Shown here piece by piece: positions 1 to 8,005 of a stretch of 64,000 nucleotides of DNA (the stretch's first letter is position 1; every line of letters begins with the position of its first letter). The DNA comes from Bacteroidota bacterium (GTDB lineage: Bacteria; Bacteroidota; Bacteroidia; Flavobacteriales; Flavobacteriaceae), in the NCBI GenBank assembly GCA_039714555.1, contig JBDLJB010000009.1:17379-81378 (forward strand). Direction: 5' to 3'. Below the pieces are notes generated by a model. That model had not been told where the DNA came from, ran no database searches, and saw nothing but the letters and a program-made list of their open reading frames with translations. A program made the translations under genes and the position numbers.

Positions 1-142
1 GTTTTGTTTTATTGGTTAGGTGCTTTTGAGCAATATCTCCAATGGTTCTATGGCCTGTAGCTCCCCAGTTTGGGCTATTTTTAGCATTTGTATATAAAAA
101 GAATAAGCTAAATAGTAATATTAAAAAATATTTAATTTTCAT
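1..142 (-). CDS. S1/P1 nuclease family protein, N-terminal fragment (gene continues past the left edge)
   Basis: Own minus-strand translation from ATG at 142: MKIKYFLILLFSLFFLYTNAKNSPNWGATGHRTIGDIAQKHLTNKTK. A signal peptide is followed by the WG..GH motif that begins mature S1/P1 nucleases. Absent from the ORF track because the window edge truncates it. Confidence 0.55.
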   Translation of the reverse strand, partial: MKIKYFLILLFSLFFLYTNAKNSPNWGATGHRTIGDIAQKHLTNKTK

Positions 143-519
143 AGTGATATTATTAGCTGGCTAAATTAATTAAAAATGAAGGTTTTTAATAATAAAATCT
201 TCTTTTAATATTAGATATGAATATAAATTAATTAGTGCTCATCAGTTCTATAATCAGAATAAGCACTCATGCCATGTTCACTAATATCTAAACCTTCAAT
301 TTTTTCAATTTAGGATACGTGTAAACCTATTGTTTTTTAAGAATTTATTAAATATTATAAGTATAAATAATAAGGTAGGAATTTTTGTATTATATAATTT
401 TTGTAAATTTGTTTTCATATAAAAGTTAATTTTTGAGTTAAATAATTAGCGTTTTTAAAATCAAAAGTATATTAAATAGGTATTTCTCAAAATCCAAACA
501 ATTTTCAATAATTAAAAAA

Positions 520-687
520 ATGAAAGAATATAAAATTATCAAGCAAACAGGTACAGCAATGAAATCTCAACAAGATTTTGAAGATCTGATTAATAGTTAT
601 GCAATAATGAGATGGGATGTAATTAATGTTTTCGCTCATAGAGGTTTAATAAAAGCTGTATTAGTAAGGGAAAAAATTGAGAAATAG
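520..687 (+). CDS. small DUF4177-like protein (55 aa)
   Basis: Own translation: MKEYKIIKQTGTAMKSQQDFEDLINSYAIMRWDVINVFAHRGLIKAVLVREKIEK. Below the 60-aa track cutoff. Paralogous to the ORF at 2245-2415 (same MKEYKII start, conserved Trp, hydrophobic strand then R/E-K tail). Confidence 0.45.
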   Translation: MKEYKIIKQTGTAMKSQQDFEDLINSYAIMRWDVINVFAHRGLIKAVLVREKIEK

Positions 688-737
688 TTTTCAGTAATTT
701 ATTTAATAAATTGCATAATACCTTGAAATTCAGTATA

Positions 738-1148
738 ATGAAAAAAGTGATTTATTTTTTTCTTTTAGTGTCTTTTGCAGGATGTGATAATGATCAGCCT
801 GATTGTTCTAATATAGCTTGTACTGAAATTTTTAAAACTATTATGGTTTCTATTAAAGATGCCGATGAAAATCCTGTTGCATTAGATAAGTTTATAGTTT
901 TTGACATGAATACCGGGAGAGATATTACTAGAGAAGTAAGTCCTGCTGAATATGAATTAATGATACAAAATGGGACTTACCCTTTATTTGGTGATGAGCA
1001 GTTATCAAACTATATAAACTCAAAAACAACTGTAAATTTTAAAGGATTTGATGACGATAAGGTAATTGTAAATTCTGTTTTCACAGTTGGTGCAGATTGT
1101 TGTCATGTTTTACTTTATGAAGGGGAAACAGAGATAATAATTAATTAA
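738..1148 (+). CDS. Cys-rich lipoprotein, unknown function
   Basis: The track ORF 711-1148 starts at TTG. The first ATG (738) gives MKKVIYFFLLVSFAGC with a lipobox Cys. Further Cys pairs: CSNIAC and DCCH. Confidence 0.6.
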   Translation: MKKVIYFFLLVSFAGCDNDQPDCSNIACTEIFKTIMVSIKDADENPVALDKFIVFDMNTGRDITREVSPAEYELMIQNGTYPLFGDEQLSNYINSKTTVNFKGFDDDKVIVNSVFTVGADCCHVLLYEGETEIIIN

Positions 1149-1325
1149 TCAAAATTTTGATTTTTCTTTCATATTCAGAATTTACCATTCCTTTCTGATA
1201 AATAAAAAATTTCTTTTTTTACTTCAACTACTTGTATTATAGCTATATACAATATTAATATTTTATTCATAATGATAATTTTAAATAAAAAATTGAAATA
1301 AACTCTTGTTTATAATAATTTAAAA

Positions 1326-1358
1326 TGATATATTTGTGATATCATAATAATATCATAA
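1326..1358. repeat. three phased 11-bp repeats (TGATATatttg / TGATATCATAA / TAATATCATAA) overlapping and following the -7 box
   Basis: Hexamers TGATAT, TGATAT and TAATAT start at 1326, 1337 and 1348. ATATCATAA is exact at 1339-1347 and 1350-1358. TGATATCA is itself palindromic. Confidence 0.5.
1329..1336 (+). promoter_or_regulatory. Bacteroidota-type -7 promoter box TATATTTG (TAnnTTTG)
   Basis: Exact match to the TAnnTTTG consensus, ending 33 nt upstream of the ATG at 1370. Confidence 0.4.
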
Positions 1359-1369
1359 AATTTAATCCC

Positions 1370-2227
1370 ATGAAAGAAGAGAAAATAATTAAAGTATCCA
1401 GTGGTTATGTATTTTTAGCACTTACAATATTGTTGATATTAGGGGGTGTTTACTCTGTAATTAACATTAATAAATGGTTTATTATTTCTATAGTTATAGG
1501 TGTTTTTTTTATACCGGGTTTCTTTTTGGTAAATCCTAACACTTCAAAAGTATTGTTGTTATTTGGTAAATATATAGGAACAGTTAAAGAAAATGGTTTC
1601 TTTTGGGCAAATCCTTTTTATACTAAAAAAGGAATTTCGTTAAGAGCCAGTAATTTTGACAGTGAGCGTGTTAAAGTAAACGATAAACTTGGTAATCCAA
1701 TTATGATAAGTACTATTTTGGTATGGAAAGTAGAAGATACCTTTAAAGCTGCATTTGATGTAGATAATTATGAAAATTTTGTCAGGGTACAATCTGATGC
1801 AGCCGTTAGAAAACTCGCAAGTTTATATCCATACGATAATTTTGAGGATGATGATAAGGACGAAGAAATTACTTTACGTGCAAGTGTTAATGAAGTAAGT
1901 TTAGCTTTGGAAAAAGAACTAGCTGAAAGATTAGAAATGGCTGGTATTGAAGTATTAGAAGCCCGGATAGGTTATTTAGCTTATGCACAGGAAATTGCGA
2001 GTGCTATGTTAAAACGGCAGCAAGCAACAGCCATTATAGCAGCGCGTCATAAAATTGTTGAAGGAGCTGTGAGTATGGTTGAAATGGCCTTAGATAAATT
2101 AAGCAAAAAAGAAATTGTTGAGCTGGATGAAGAAAGAAAAGCTGCAATGGTTAGTAATTTGATGGTAATTTTATGTTCAGATAAAGATGCAACACCGGTT
2201 GTAAATGCAGGTACATTGAGTCATTAA
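1370..2227 (+). CDS. SPFH/band-7 (stomatin/prohibitin-like) domain membrane protein
   Basis: N-terminal TM helices followed by an SPFH-like core (NPFYTKKGISLRASNFDSERVKVNDKLGNPIMISTILVWKVEDTFKAAFDV). The C-terminal part is an Ala/Glu-rich coiled region. Confidence 0.8.
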   Translation: MKEEKIIKVSSGYVFLALTILLILGGVYSVININKWFIISIVIGVFFIPGFFLVNPNTSKVLLLFGKYIGTVKENGFFWANPFYTKKGISLRASNFDSERVKVNDKLGNPIMISTILVWKVEDTFKAAFDVDNYENFVRVQSDAAVRKLASLYPYDNFEDDDKDEEITLRASVNEVSLALEKELAERLEMAGIEVLEARIGYLAYAQEIASAMLKRQQATAIIAARHKIVEGAVSMVEMALDKLSKKEIVELDEERKAAMVSNLMVILCSDKDATPVVNAGTLSH

Positions 2228-2244
2228 TAAATAAACTTTATAAA

Positions 2245-2415
2245 ATGAAGGAATATAAAATAATCCAAAAAGGGTTTTGGAAAAAAGATGCAGATCTGGA
2301 AGATTCAATCAATCAATTTTCCAGAGAAGGTTGGGTTGTTAAGAGTGCTGTAGGTGACAGTACTGGTAATTTTACTAAAATTATTCTAGAACGTGATAAA
2401 AACAGGATGTATTAG
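2245..2415 (+). CDS. small DUF4177-like protein (56 aa)
   Basis: Own translation: MKEYKIIQKGFWKKDADLEDSINQFSREGWVVKSAVGDSTGNFTKIILERDKNRMY. Has the ...EGW...ILER pattern typical of DUF4177. Lies 17 nt after the SPFH stop and is below the track cutoff. Confidence 0.55.
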   Translation: MKEYKIIQKGFWKKDADLEDSINQFSREGWVVKSAVGDSTGNFTKIILERDKNRMY

Positions 2416-2432
2416 TAAGGGAAAAAATTAAA

Positions 2433-2957
2433 ATGAAAGTATTTACTGAAACACAGCGTTTTAACCAATGGTGGTTAATAGTTTTATTTACAATTATTGT
2501 TGTAAAAATCACCTATGATCTTTTTACTGAATTTTTTCAGATTGAAATGGGAACTAATACAAAATCCCTAATATCATTGATTATAAGTTTAATAATTTTG
2601 GGAATGGTTCTTATTTTGATATTTTCGATGAAGTTAAAATCCAGAATTGATGAAAAAGGTATTTATTATCAATTCTTCCCTTTTCATTTTAAATTAAAAA
2701 AAGTAGCATGGGAAGAACTTAAGAGATGTTATGTGCGTAAATATAATCCTCTACTTGAATATGGTGGTTGGGGAATAAGAAGAATTTATAGAAAAGGCGG
2801 ATTAAGAGGAAATGGCATAGCATATAATATTAAAGGTAATATGGGGATTCAAATGGAATTTAATGATGGTGGTAAAATATTATTAGGCACTCAATTACCT
2901 GAAAAAGTAGAATTAATTTTACGAAATTATCAATACAAATTGGAAGATAATTCTTAA
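2433..2957 (+). CDS. two-TM membrane protein with a C-terminal beta-rich (possibly bacterial PH-like) domain, unknown function
   Basis: Track ORF. Two hydrophobic helices (WWLIVLFTIIVVKI and LISLIISLIILGMVLILIF) precede a soluble domain. Starts 17 nt after the preceding ORF. Confidence 0.6.
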   Translation: MKVFTETQRFNQWWLIVLFTIIVVKITYDLFTEFFQIEMGTNTKSLISLIISLIILGMVLILIFSMKLKSRIDEKGIYYQFFPFHFKLKKVAWEELKRCYVRKYNPLLEYGGWGIRRIYRKGGLRGNGIAYNIKGNMGIQMEFNDGGKILLGTQLPEKVELILRNYQYKLEDNS

Positions 2958-2979
2958 TAAAAGGAATAAAAAATTTGAG

Positions 2980-3141
2980 ATGGCAAAGAAGAAAGCTTTC
3001 GCATTGCGAATTAATGAGGATATACTCAAAGCTATTGAAAAATGGGCAGCTGATGAGTTTAGATCTACAAATGGACAATTGGAATGGATGCTGCAAAAAG
3101 CTCTAAAAGATGCTAAAAGATTGCCTAAAAAACTTGATTAA
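2980..3141 (+). CDS. Arc/MetJ-type ribbon-helix-helix DNA-binding protein (53 aa)
   Basis: Own translation: MAKKKAFALRINEDILKAIEKWAADEFRSTNGQLEWMLQKALKDAKRLPKKLD. A basic N-terminal beta-strand is followed by two helices. Starts 22 nt after the previous stop and is below the track cutoff. Confidence 0.55.
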   Translation: MAKKKAFALRINEDILKAIEKWAADEFRSTNGQLEWMLQKALKDAKRLPKKLD

Positions 3142-3164
3142 AAGCATAACAAAATTGCAGAAAT

Positions 3165-3196
3165 AAAAAACTCCAAATATTTATTTGGAGTTTTTT
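3165..3196. terminator. bidirectional rho-independent terminator
   Basis: AAAAAA-CTCCAAATA..TATTTGGAG-TTTTTT. It sits between the convergent genes ending at 3141 (+) and 3210 (-). Confidence 0.65.
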
Positions 3197-3209
3197 GATT
3201 TATAACTTG

Positions 3210-5426
3210 TTATTTCTTCTTAGGATGTACCAATGTCATTTCTTCAATTAAATGGGTAGCTCCAGCATATTTATCTATAATAAATAGAACATATCGTATA
3301 TCAACACTGATACTTCTTACGATATCTGCATCATAATAAAGATCACCCATAACACCTTCCCAGGTACCATCAAATAATAAACCAGTTAAATTACCATTGG
3401 CATCCAAAACAGGGCTTCCTGAATTTCCACCTGTTGAATGGTTGGTTGTTAAAATATTTACAGGCATTTTACCATTTTCCCCATATTGTCCGTAATCTTT
3501 TGTATTGTAAAGATCTCGTAATTTTTGAGGTACATCAAACTCATAATCTCCGGGTTTATATTTTTCCATTACACCGTTTAAATAGGTATTAGTTGTATAG
3601 ATAACACCGTCTTTTGGTTCAAAACCCTGTACACGTCCGTAGTTGGCTCTTAAAGTGAAATTTGCATCAGGATAAAAACGATCTTCGGGGAAAACTTCCA
3701 TCAGGGCTTTCATATACTTTTTTTGAATAGCAGCCAACTGTAAATTTATTTGTTGGAATTCAGGGCTGATTTTAGTATAATAAATTTCGTGAATTTCTTT
3801 GGCAAATACATAAGCAGGATCATTATTCAGCTTTTCAATGACCTTTTCCGGTGTACCGGATAATAATTCATTTGCTCCTTTCAAGCTGGTTAGTTTTGTA
3901 TTTTGATAAATATCATTTGTCAATGCTGTATAATCAATTCCTATCATATTTTCCGGTAAATATTCTTTAGGGATCTTTTCAGCATATAAATTTGTCAGCT
4001 TTTCAAAAACAGGCTGATCAACTTTGGCACTGTAGTTTTTATATTTTCTTTCATAACCAGATAAAACCCTTTGCTTAGCTTTTTCATAGGCTTCTTCTCC
4101 GCCTTTTTTATAGGCTTGCTCTAATTGATATGCACTAAAGGTAATATTTAACAATTCTACATTTCTATAAGCTACTTCATTCCAATAATCTCTTGCCAAA
4201 GCAACCTCTTCAATTTCTTTATAGAGCTTTTCAAAATCAGATAAGATTGATTGGTATTCAACCAGATCTTTTTCTTCAACTATTTTACTGAACTCTCTTT
4301 CTTTAGCTTTTTTCTTTTCAATTACATTTTTTTGATGAATTCCCTGGTTTTCACCAATGAAGAATTTCCAATAATTAGCAATTCCTGCAAATTTAGATGC
4401 ATACTGAATTCTTATTGCATCATCAGCACGCATATATTTATCCATTATATTTAATGCATTTTCTCTTACTTCAATTTTGGCAGGATTTAATACATTCACT
4501 TTTTGAGCAATACCAACAGCGGGTAAATATTCATCAGTTCTTCCGGGAAAACCGAAAATCAAAGCAAAATCATTTTCTTCCACTCCGTCTAATGAAATTG
4601 GTAAGTAGCGTTTTGGCTTGTATGGAACATTGTCTTTGGAATATTCTGCCGGACGATTATTAACATCTGCATAAATTCTGAACATAGAAAAATCTCCTGT
4701 ATGGCGTGGCCACATCCAGTTATCGGTATCCTTACCAAATTTACCTATTGATGATGGTGGAGCACCTACCATTCTAACGTCTTTATAAACTTCTTTAATA
4801 ATCAAAAAGTATTGATTCCCTTTGTAAAAAGATTTTACATTGGCAGTTTGCCATTCTTCTTTTACAGCTGATTTTGTAACCTTTGTAATATTTTGATCTG
4901 TCAATTTCTTTTTTGCTGTTTCATCCATATCATCATTGATACCGGCTAAAACCTGAGAAGTTACATCATCAATTCTTATGATAAAAATTGCTGTAAGATT
5001 TGGAGTTGGCAATTCCTGATCATAATTTTTTGCCCAAAAACCATCTTTTAAATAATCGTGTTCAACCGTAGAATGTGACTGAATCGCTTCATACCCACAG
5101 TGATGATTTGTTAACAGCAATCCGTTAGGAGAAATAACTTCAGATGTACACCCTCTTCCAAAAATTGCGATGGCATCTTTTAAACTTGAATTGTTTACAT
5201 CGTAAATATCCTTGGCAGTTAAATTACTCCCTAATAATTGCATTTCCTCTTCATTCATTCCTTCCAAAAGAGAAGGTATCCACATACCTCCCTGGATCTC
5301 TTTAGCTTCTTCGTTGCTTAGCGTTTTTGGTGCTTCAGGGGCAACAATACTGGTTGTTTCCTGGGTCGTTTTACAGGAAATAATGCTTAAAAAAGCAAAT
5401 AATAAATAGATTCTTAAATGTTTCAT
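3210..5426 (-). CDS. S46 family dipeptidyl-peptidase, DPP7-type, probable lipoprotein
   Basis: GGMWIPSLLEGMNE N-terminal motif, TNHHCGY (catalytic His) and GGNSGSP (catalytic Ser), with Gly 18 residues after the Ser (LLFDGTWEG). The start was moved to the ATG giving MKHLRIYLLFAFLSIISC (lipobox). Confidence 0.9.
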   Translation of the reverse strand: MKHLRIYLLFAFLSIISCKTTQETTSIVAPEAPKTLSNEEAKEIQGGMWIPSLLEGMNEEEMQLLGSNLTAKDIYDVNNSSLKDAIAIFGRGCTSEVISPNGLLLTNHHCGYEAIQSHSTVEHDYLKDGFWAKNYDQELPTPNLTAIFIIRIDDVTSQVLAGINDDMDETAKKKLTDQNITKVTKSAVKEEWQTANVKSFYKGNQYFLIIKEVYKDVRMVGAPPSSIGKFGKDTDNWMWPRHTGDFSMFRIYADVNNRPAEYSKDNVPYKPKRYLPISLDGVEENDFALIFGFPGRTDEYLPAVGIAQKVNVLNPAKIEVRENALNIMDKYMRADDAIRIQYASKFAGIANYWKFFIGENQGIHQKNVIEKKKAKEREFSKIVEEKDLVEYQSILSDFEKLYKEIEEVALARDYWNEVAYRNVELLNITFSAYQLEQAYKKGGEEAYEKAKQRVLSGYERKYKNYSAKVDQPVFEKLTNLYAEKIPKEYLPENMIGIDYTALTNDIYQNTKLTSLKGANELLSGTPEKVIEKLNNDPAYVFAKEIHEIYYTKISPEFQQINLQLAAIQKKYMKALMEVFPEDRFYPDANFTLRANYGRVQGFEPKDGVIYTTNTYLNGVMEKYKPGDYEFDVPQKLRDLYNTKDYGQYGENGKMPVNILTTNHSTGGNSGSPVLDANGNLTGLLFDGTWEGVMGDLYYDADIVRSISVDIRYVLFIIDKYAGATHLIEEMTLVHPKKK

Positions 5427-5584
5427 CTGTTTAAATTTTTTTGATTTCTGAATGTTGAAAAAAATTGAATACATTCAGGAACTCACATAAATTTTAATCA
5501 TTCTTCTGTAGGAATTTTGAATGATGAAAATTCATGTTCGTTTCATTTTTATAATTAATTTAATTTATCAATATGTTTTCTTGA

Positions 5585-7711
5585 TTATTTTTTAGGATGT
5601 ACTAATTTCATTTCATCTATCAATCTTTTATCGCCGGCATATTTATCGATAATAAATAAGATATAACGAACATCAACCATTATATTTCTGCAAATATCAG
5701 GGTCGTAATTATAATCACTCATGGTACCTTCCCAAACTCTGTCAAAATTTAAACCGATTAGATTACCTTTTGCATCTAAAGCCGGACTGCCTGAGTTGCC
5801 ACCTGTTGTATGGTTTGTTCCAATAAAATTGACAGGCATTTTGCCATTTATGCCATAATTCCCAAAATCTTTATTCTCATACAGATCGATCAATTCTTGT
5901 GGAAGATCAAACTCATAATCACCGGGTTTATATTTCTCTATAACACCACCTAAATAAGATACCGGTTCGTAATATACTGCATCGCGAGGATTGTAACCTT
6001 TTACTTTACCATAGGTTACACGTAAAGTACTGTTAGCATCCGGAAAAAATCTTTCATCAGGAAAAGTTTCCATCAATGCTTTCATATACTCTTTTTGAAC
6101 TGCTTGTATTTGAAGGTTTATTTCATTGAATTTGGGGTTGATCTTTGTATAGTAATCTTTTGATAAATTCTTTCCTAGGCTATAGGCAGGATCAGCATTT
6201 ATTTTTTCAATTACTTGTTGTTGAGTTCCCTCCATAAGGGATTTAAAACCTTCAGGAGTTGTTAATTTTGTAGTACTGTAAATAGTATTGGTCAAATCAG
6301 TATAATTTACATTTTTAAGTTTATCTGAAAGGTATGCTGCTGGGATTTTTTTACTGTAAATTTCAATTAGTTTTTCAAAAACATCTTTGTCAACTTTTGG
6401 ACTGTAATTTTTGTAATCACCTTTAGATGAATTAATTAATTTAGACCTCTCTGATTCAAAACTTGTAGGATTTGCGGTTACTTTTTCTTCAAATTGATAA
6501 AGTTTAATAGTAGCTCTTAGCAATTCTACATTTCGATAAGCAACTTCTTGCCAATAGGCTCTTGCTAAAGCAACTTCATCAATTTCTTTATAAAGTTTGT
6601 CAAATTCATTGAGCAAATTTTTGTATTCTGAATTGTTTTGATTTTTATTTAAAAATTCTTGTTCTAAATTTTGTTTTTTAGCAATTGCTTTTGATTTTTC
6701 AATTCCTTGATTTTCACCGATCCACTTTTTCCAATAATTGGCAATTCTGGCGTATTTTGAAGCATATTGAATTTTAATTTTATTATCAGCACGCATATAA
6801 ACATCAACTATTTTAAGTGCTTCATCTCTTACCTCAATTTTTGCAGGATTGATTTTATGAACTATTTGATCTATAGCGATTGCTGGTAAATATTCATTTG
6901 TTCTTCCCGGAAAACCAAAAACAAGTGTAAAATCATCTTCGGCAACACCATCTAATGAAACAGGTAAAAAATGCTTAGGTTTGTAAGGAACATTATCTTT
7001 ACTGTATTCAGCAGGTTTGTTATTTTTATCAGCGTAAATTCTAAACATTGAAAAATCACCGGTATGACGAGGCCACATCCAATTATCGGTATCCGAACCA
7101 AATTTACCAATAGAAGTAGGAGGTGCACCTACTAATCGAATATCTTTAAAGTTCTCAGTAACAAATAAAAGGTATTGATTTCCTTTATAAAAAGCTTTAA
7201 CCTGTACGTCTTGCCAATCTTCTTTACTTACATTTTTTTTAACTAAATTAATATTTTGATCGATCTTTGATTGTTTTTCTTTAACGGTCATCTCTTCATT
7301 AACACCATTAAACACTCGTGTTGTAACATCGTCAATTCTATTAATAAAAGTAACATACATACCCGGATTTGGTAATTCTTCAGTATCATTCATAGCCCAA
7401 AAACCATTTTTAATATAGTTATGTTCTACTGATGAATGTGATTGAATAGCTCCATAACCACAGTGATGATTGGTTAAGATCAAACCTTTGTTTGAAATTA
7501 TTTCACCGGTACAACCTCCATTGAAATGAATAATTGCATCTTTTAAACTTGAGTTGTTTGCATTGTAAATATCTTTGGCAGTCATTTTGCTGCCTAATTT
7601 TTGCATTTCAGTTTCGTTCATTCCTTCCAGTAAAGAAGGAATCCACATGCCACCTTGTTGAGCAGTTATTTGAAATGCAATTAAGAAAAATAGTATTCTA
7701 ATATATTTCAT
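5585..7711 (-). CDS. S46 family dipeptidyl-peptidase, DPP11-type
   Basis: Carries the same S46 motifs: GGMWIPSLLEGMNE, TNHHCGY and GGNSGSP. Arg lies 18 residues after the catalytic Ser (LNFDRVWEG). The start was moved to the ATG giving the signal peptide MKYIRILFFLIAFQITAQ. Confidence 0.9.
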   Translation of the reverse strand: MKYIRILFFLIAFQITAQQGGMWIPSLLEGMNETEMQKLGSKMTAKDIYNANNSSLKDAIIHFNGGCTGEIISNKGLILTNHHCGYGAIQSHSSVEHNYIKNGFWAMNDTEELPNPGMYVTFINRIDDVTTRVFNGVNEEMTVKEKQSKIDQNINLVKKNVSKEDWQDVQVKAFYKGNQYLLFVTENFKDIRLVGAPPTSIGKFGSDTDNWMWPRHTGDFSMFRIYADKNNKPAEYSKDNVPYKPKHFLPVSLDGVAEDDFTLVFGFPGRTNEYLPAIAIDQIVHKINPAKIEVRDEALKIVDVYMRADNKIKIQYASKYARIANYWKKWIGENQGIEKSKAIAKKQNLEQEFLNKNQNNSEYKNLLNEFDKLYKEIDEVALARAYWQEVAYRNVELLRATIKLYQFEEKVTANPTSFESERSKLINSSKGDYKNYSPKVDKDVFEKLIEIYSKKIPAAYLSDKLKNVNYTDLTNTIYSTTKLTTPEGFKSLMEGTQQQVIEKINADPAYSLGKNLSKDYYTKINPKFNEINLQIQAVQKEYMKALMETFPDERFFPDANSTLRVTYGKVKGYNPRDAVYYEPVSYLGGVIEKYKPGDYEFDLPQELIDLYENKDFGNYGINGKMPVNFIGTNHTTGGNSGSPALDAKGNLIGLNFDRVWEGTMSDYNYDPDICRNIMVDVRYILFIIDKYAGDKRLIDEMKLVHPKK

Positions 7712-7975
7712 TTGATATGAATTTAATTGATAAAAAATTTCAAACAAATATACATAACCTTATTGTATTTCAATTAAGAAAATTGGTAACAAATCTACTA
7801 AGTAACTATACAAATTTCTAGGTTGAAAATTCAACAATGAAGTTAAGGATGCTTTTTTTTGAAGCTATAAATGATTTCCTTAATATATTATTTAAAGGTA
7901 ATCACTGAAATGGTATTTATTTTGTACGTAATAACCGAAAAGACAGACTTATGGTAGATTTCAAAAATATTTAAT

Positions 7976-7983
7976 TATTTTTG
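7976..7983 (+). promoter_or_regulatory. -7 promoter box TATTTTTG
   Basis: Exact TAnnTTTG, ending 22 nt upstream of the ATG at 8006. Confidence 0.4.
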
Positions 7984-8005
7984 AAGTCAACAGAATAAAC
8001 AAGAT

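Noticed and set aside
232-309. Minus-strand 25-codon open frame ending in a stop (…IEKIEGLDISEHGMSAYSDYRTDEH), possibly the C-terminal remnant of a deleted gene upstream of the S1/P1 nuclease
   Set aside because: It has no start codon, an in-frame stop lies immediately upstream, and I cannot assign the peptide to a family from memory. That is too little to call a pseudogene. A TBLASTN of the peptide would decide.
2860-3096. 78-aa minus-strand ORF spanning the end of the 2-TM gene and the RHH mini-gene
   Set aside because: It overlaps two better-supported plus-strand ORFs. The plus-strand 53-aa product has a clean ribbon-helix-helix pattern, whereas the minus-strand product has no recognisable features.
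4251-5409. Track ORFs 4251-4454, 4397-4663 and 5212-5409 (+), antisense to the S46 peptidase
   Set aside because: They lie wholly inside a strongly supported minus-strand gene, and their translations are low-complexity (Phe/Leu/Ile/Ser-rich). These are shadow ORFs. The same reasoning applies to 8485-8715, 9450-9728, 11683-11950, 13606-13788, 16566-16754, 18065-18451, 18830-19048, 20842-21063, 22318-22521, 23972-24250, 24468-24650, 28870-29061, 30421-30627, 31493-31726, 32161-32718, 38842-39069, 41681-41869, 44469-44663, 47634-47849, 52237-52668, 55432-55868, 58490-58714, 61354-61572 and 62532-62717.
5427-5584. Hairpin GAATTTT-gaatgatg-AAAATTC between the two S46 genes as a possible terminator
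   Set aside because: The stem is all A/T and there is no U-tract in the minus-strand orientation. That is not convincing as an intrinsic terminator, so the two peptidase genes may or may not be co-transcribed.
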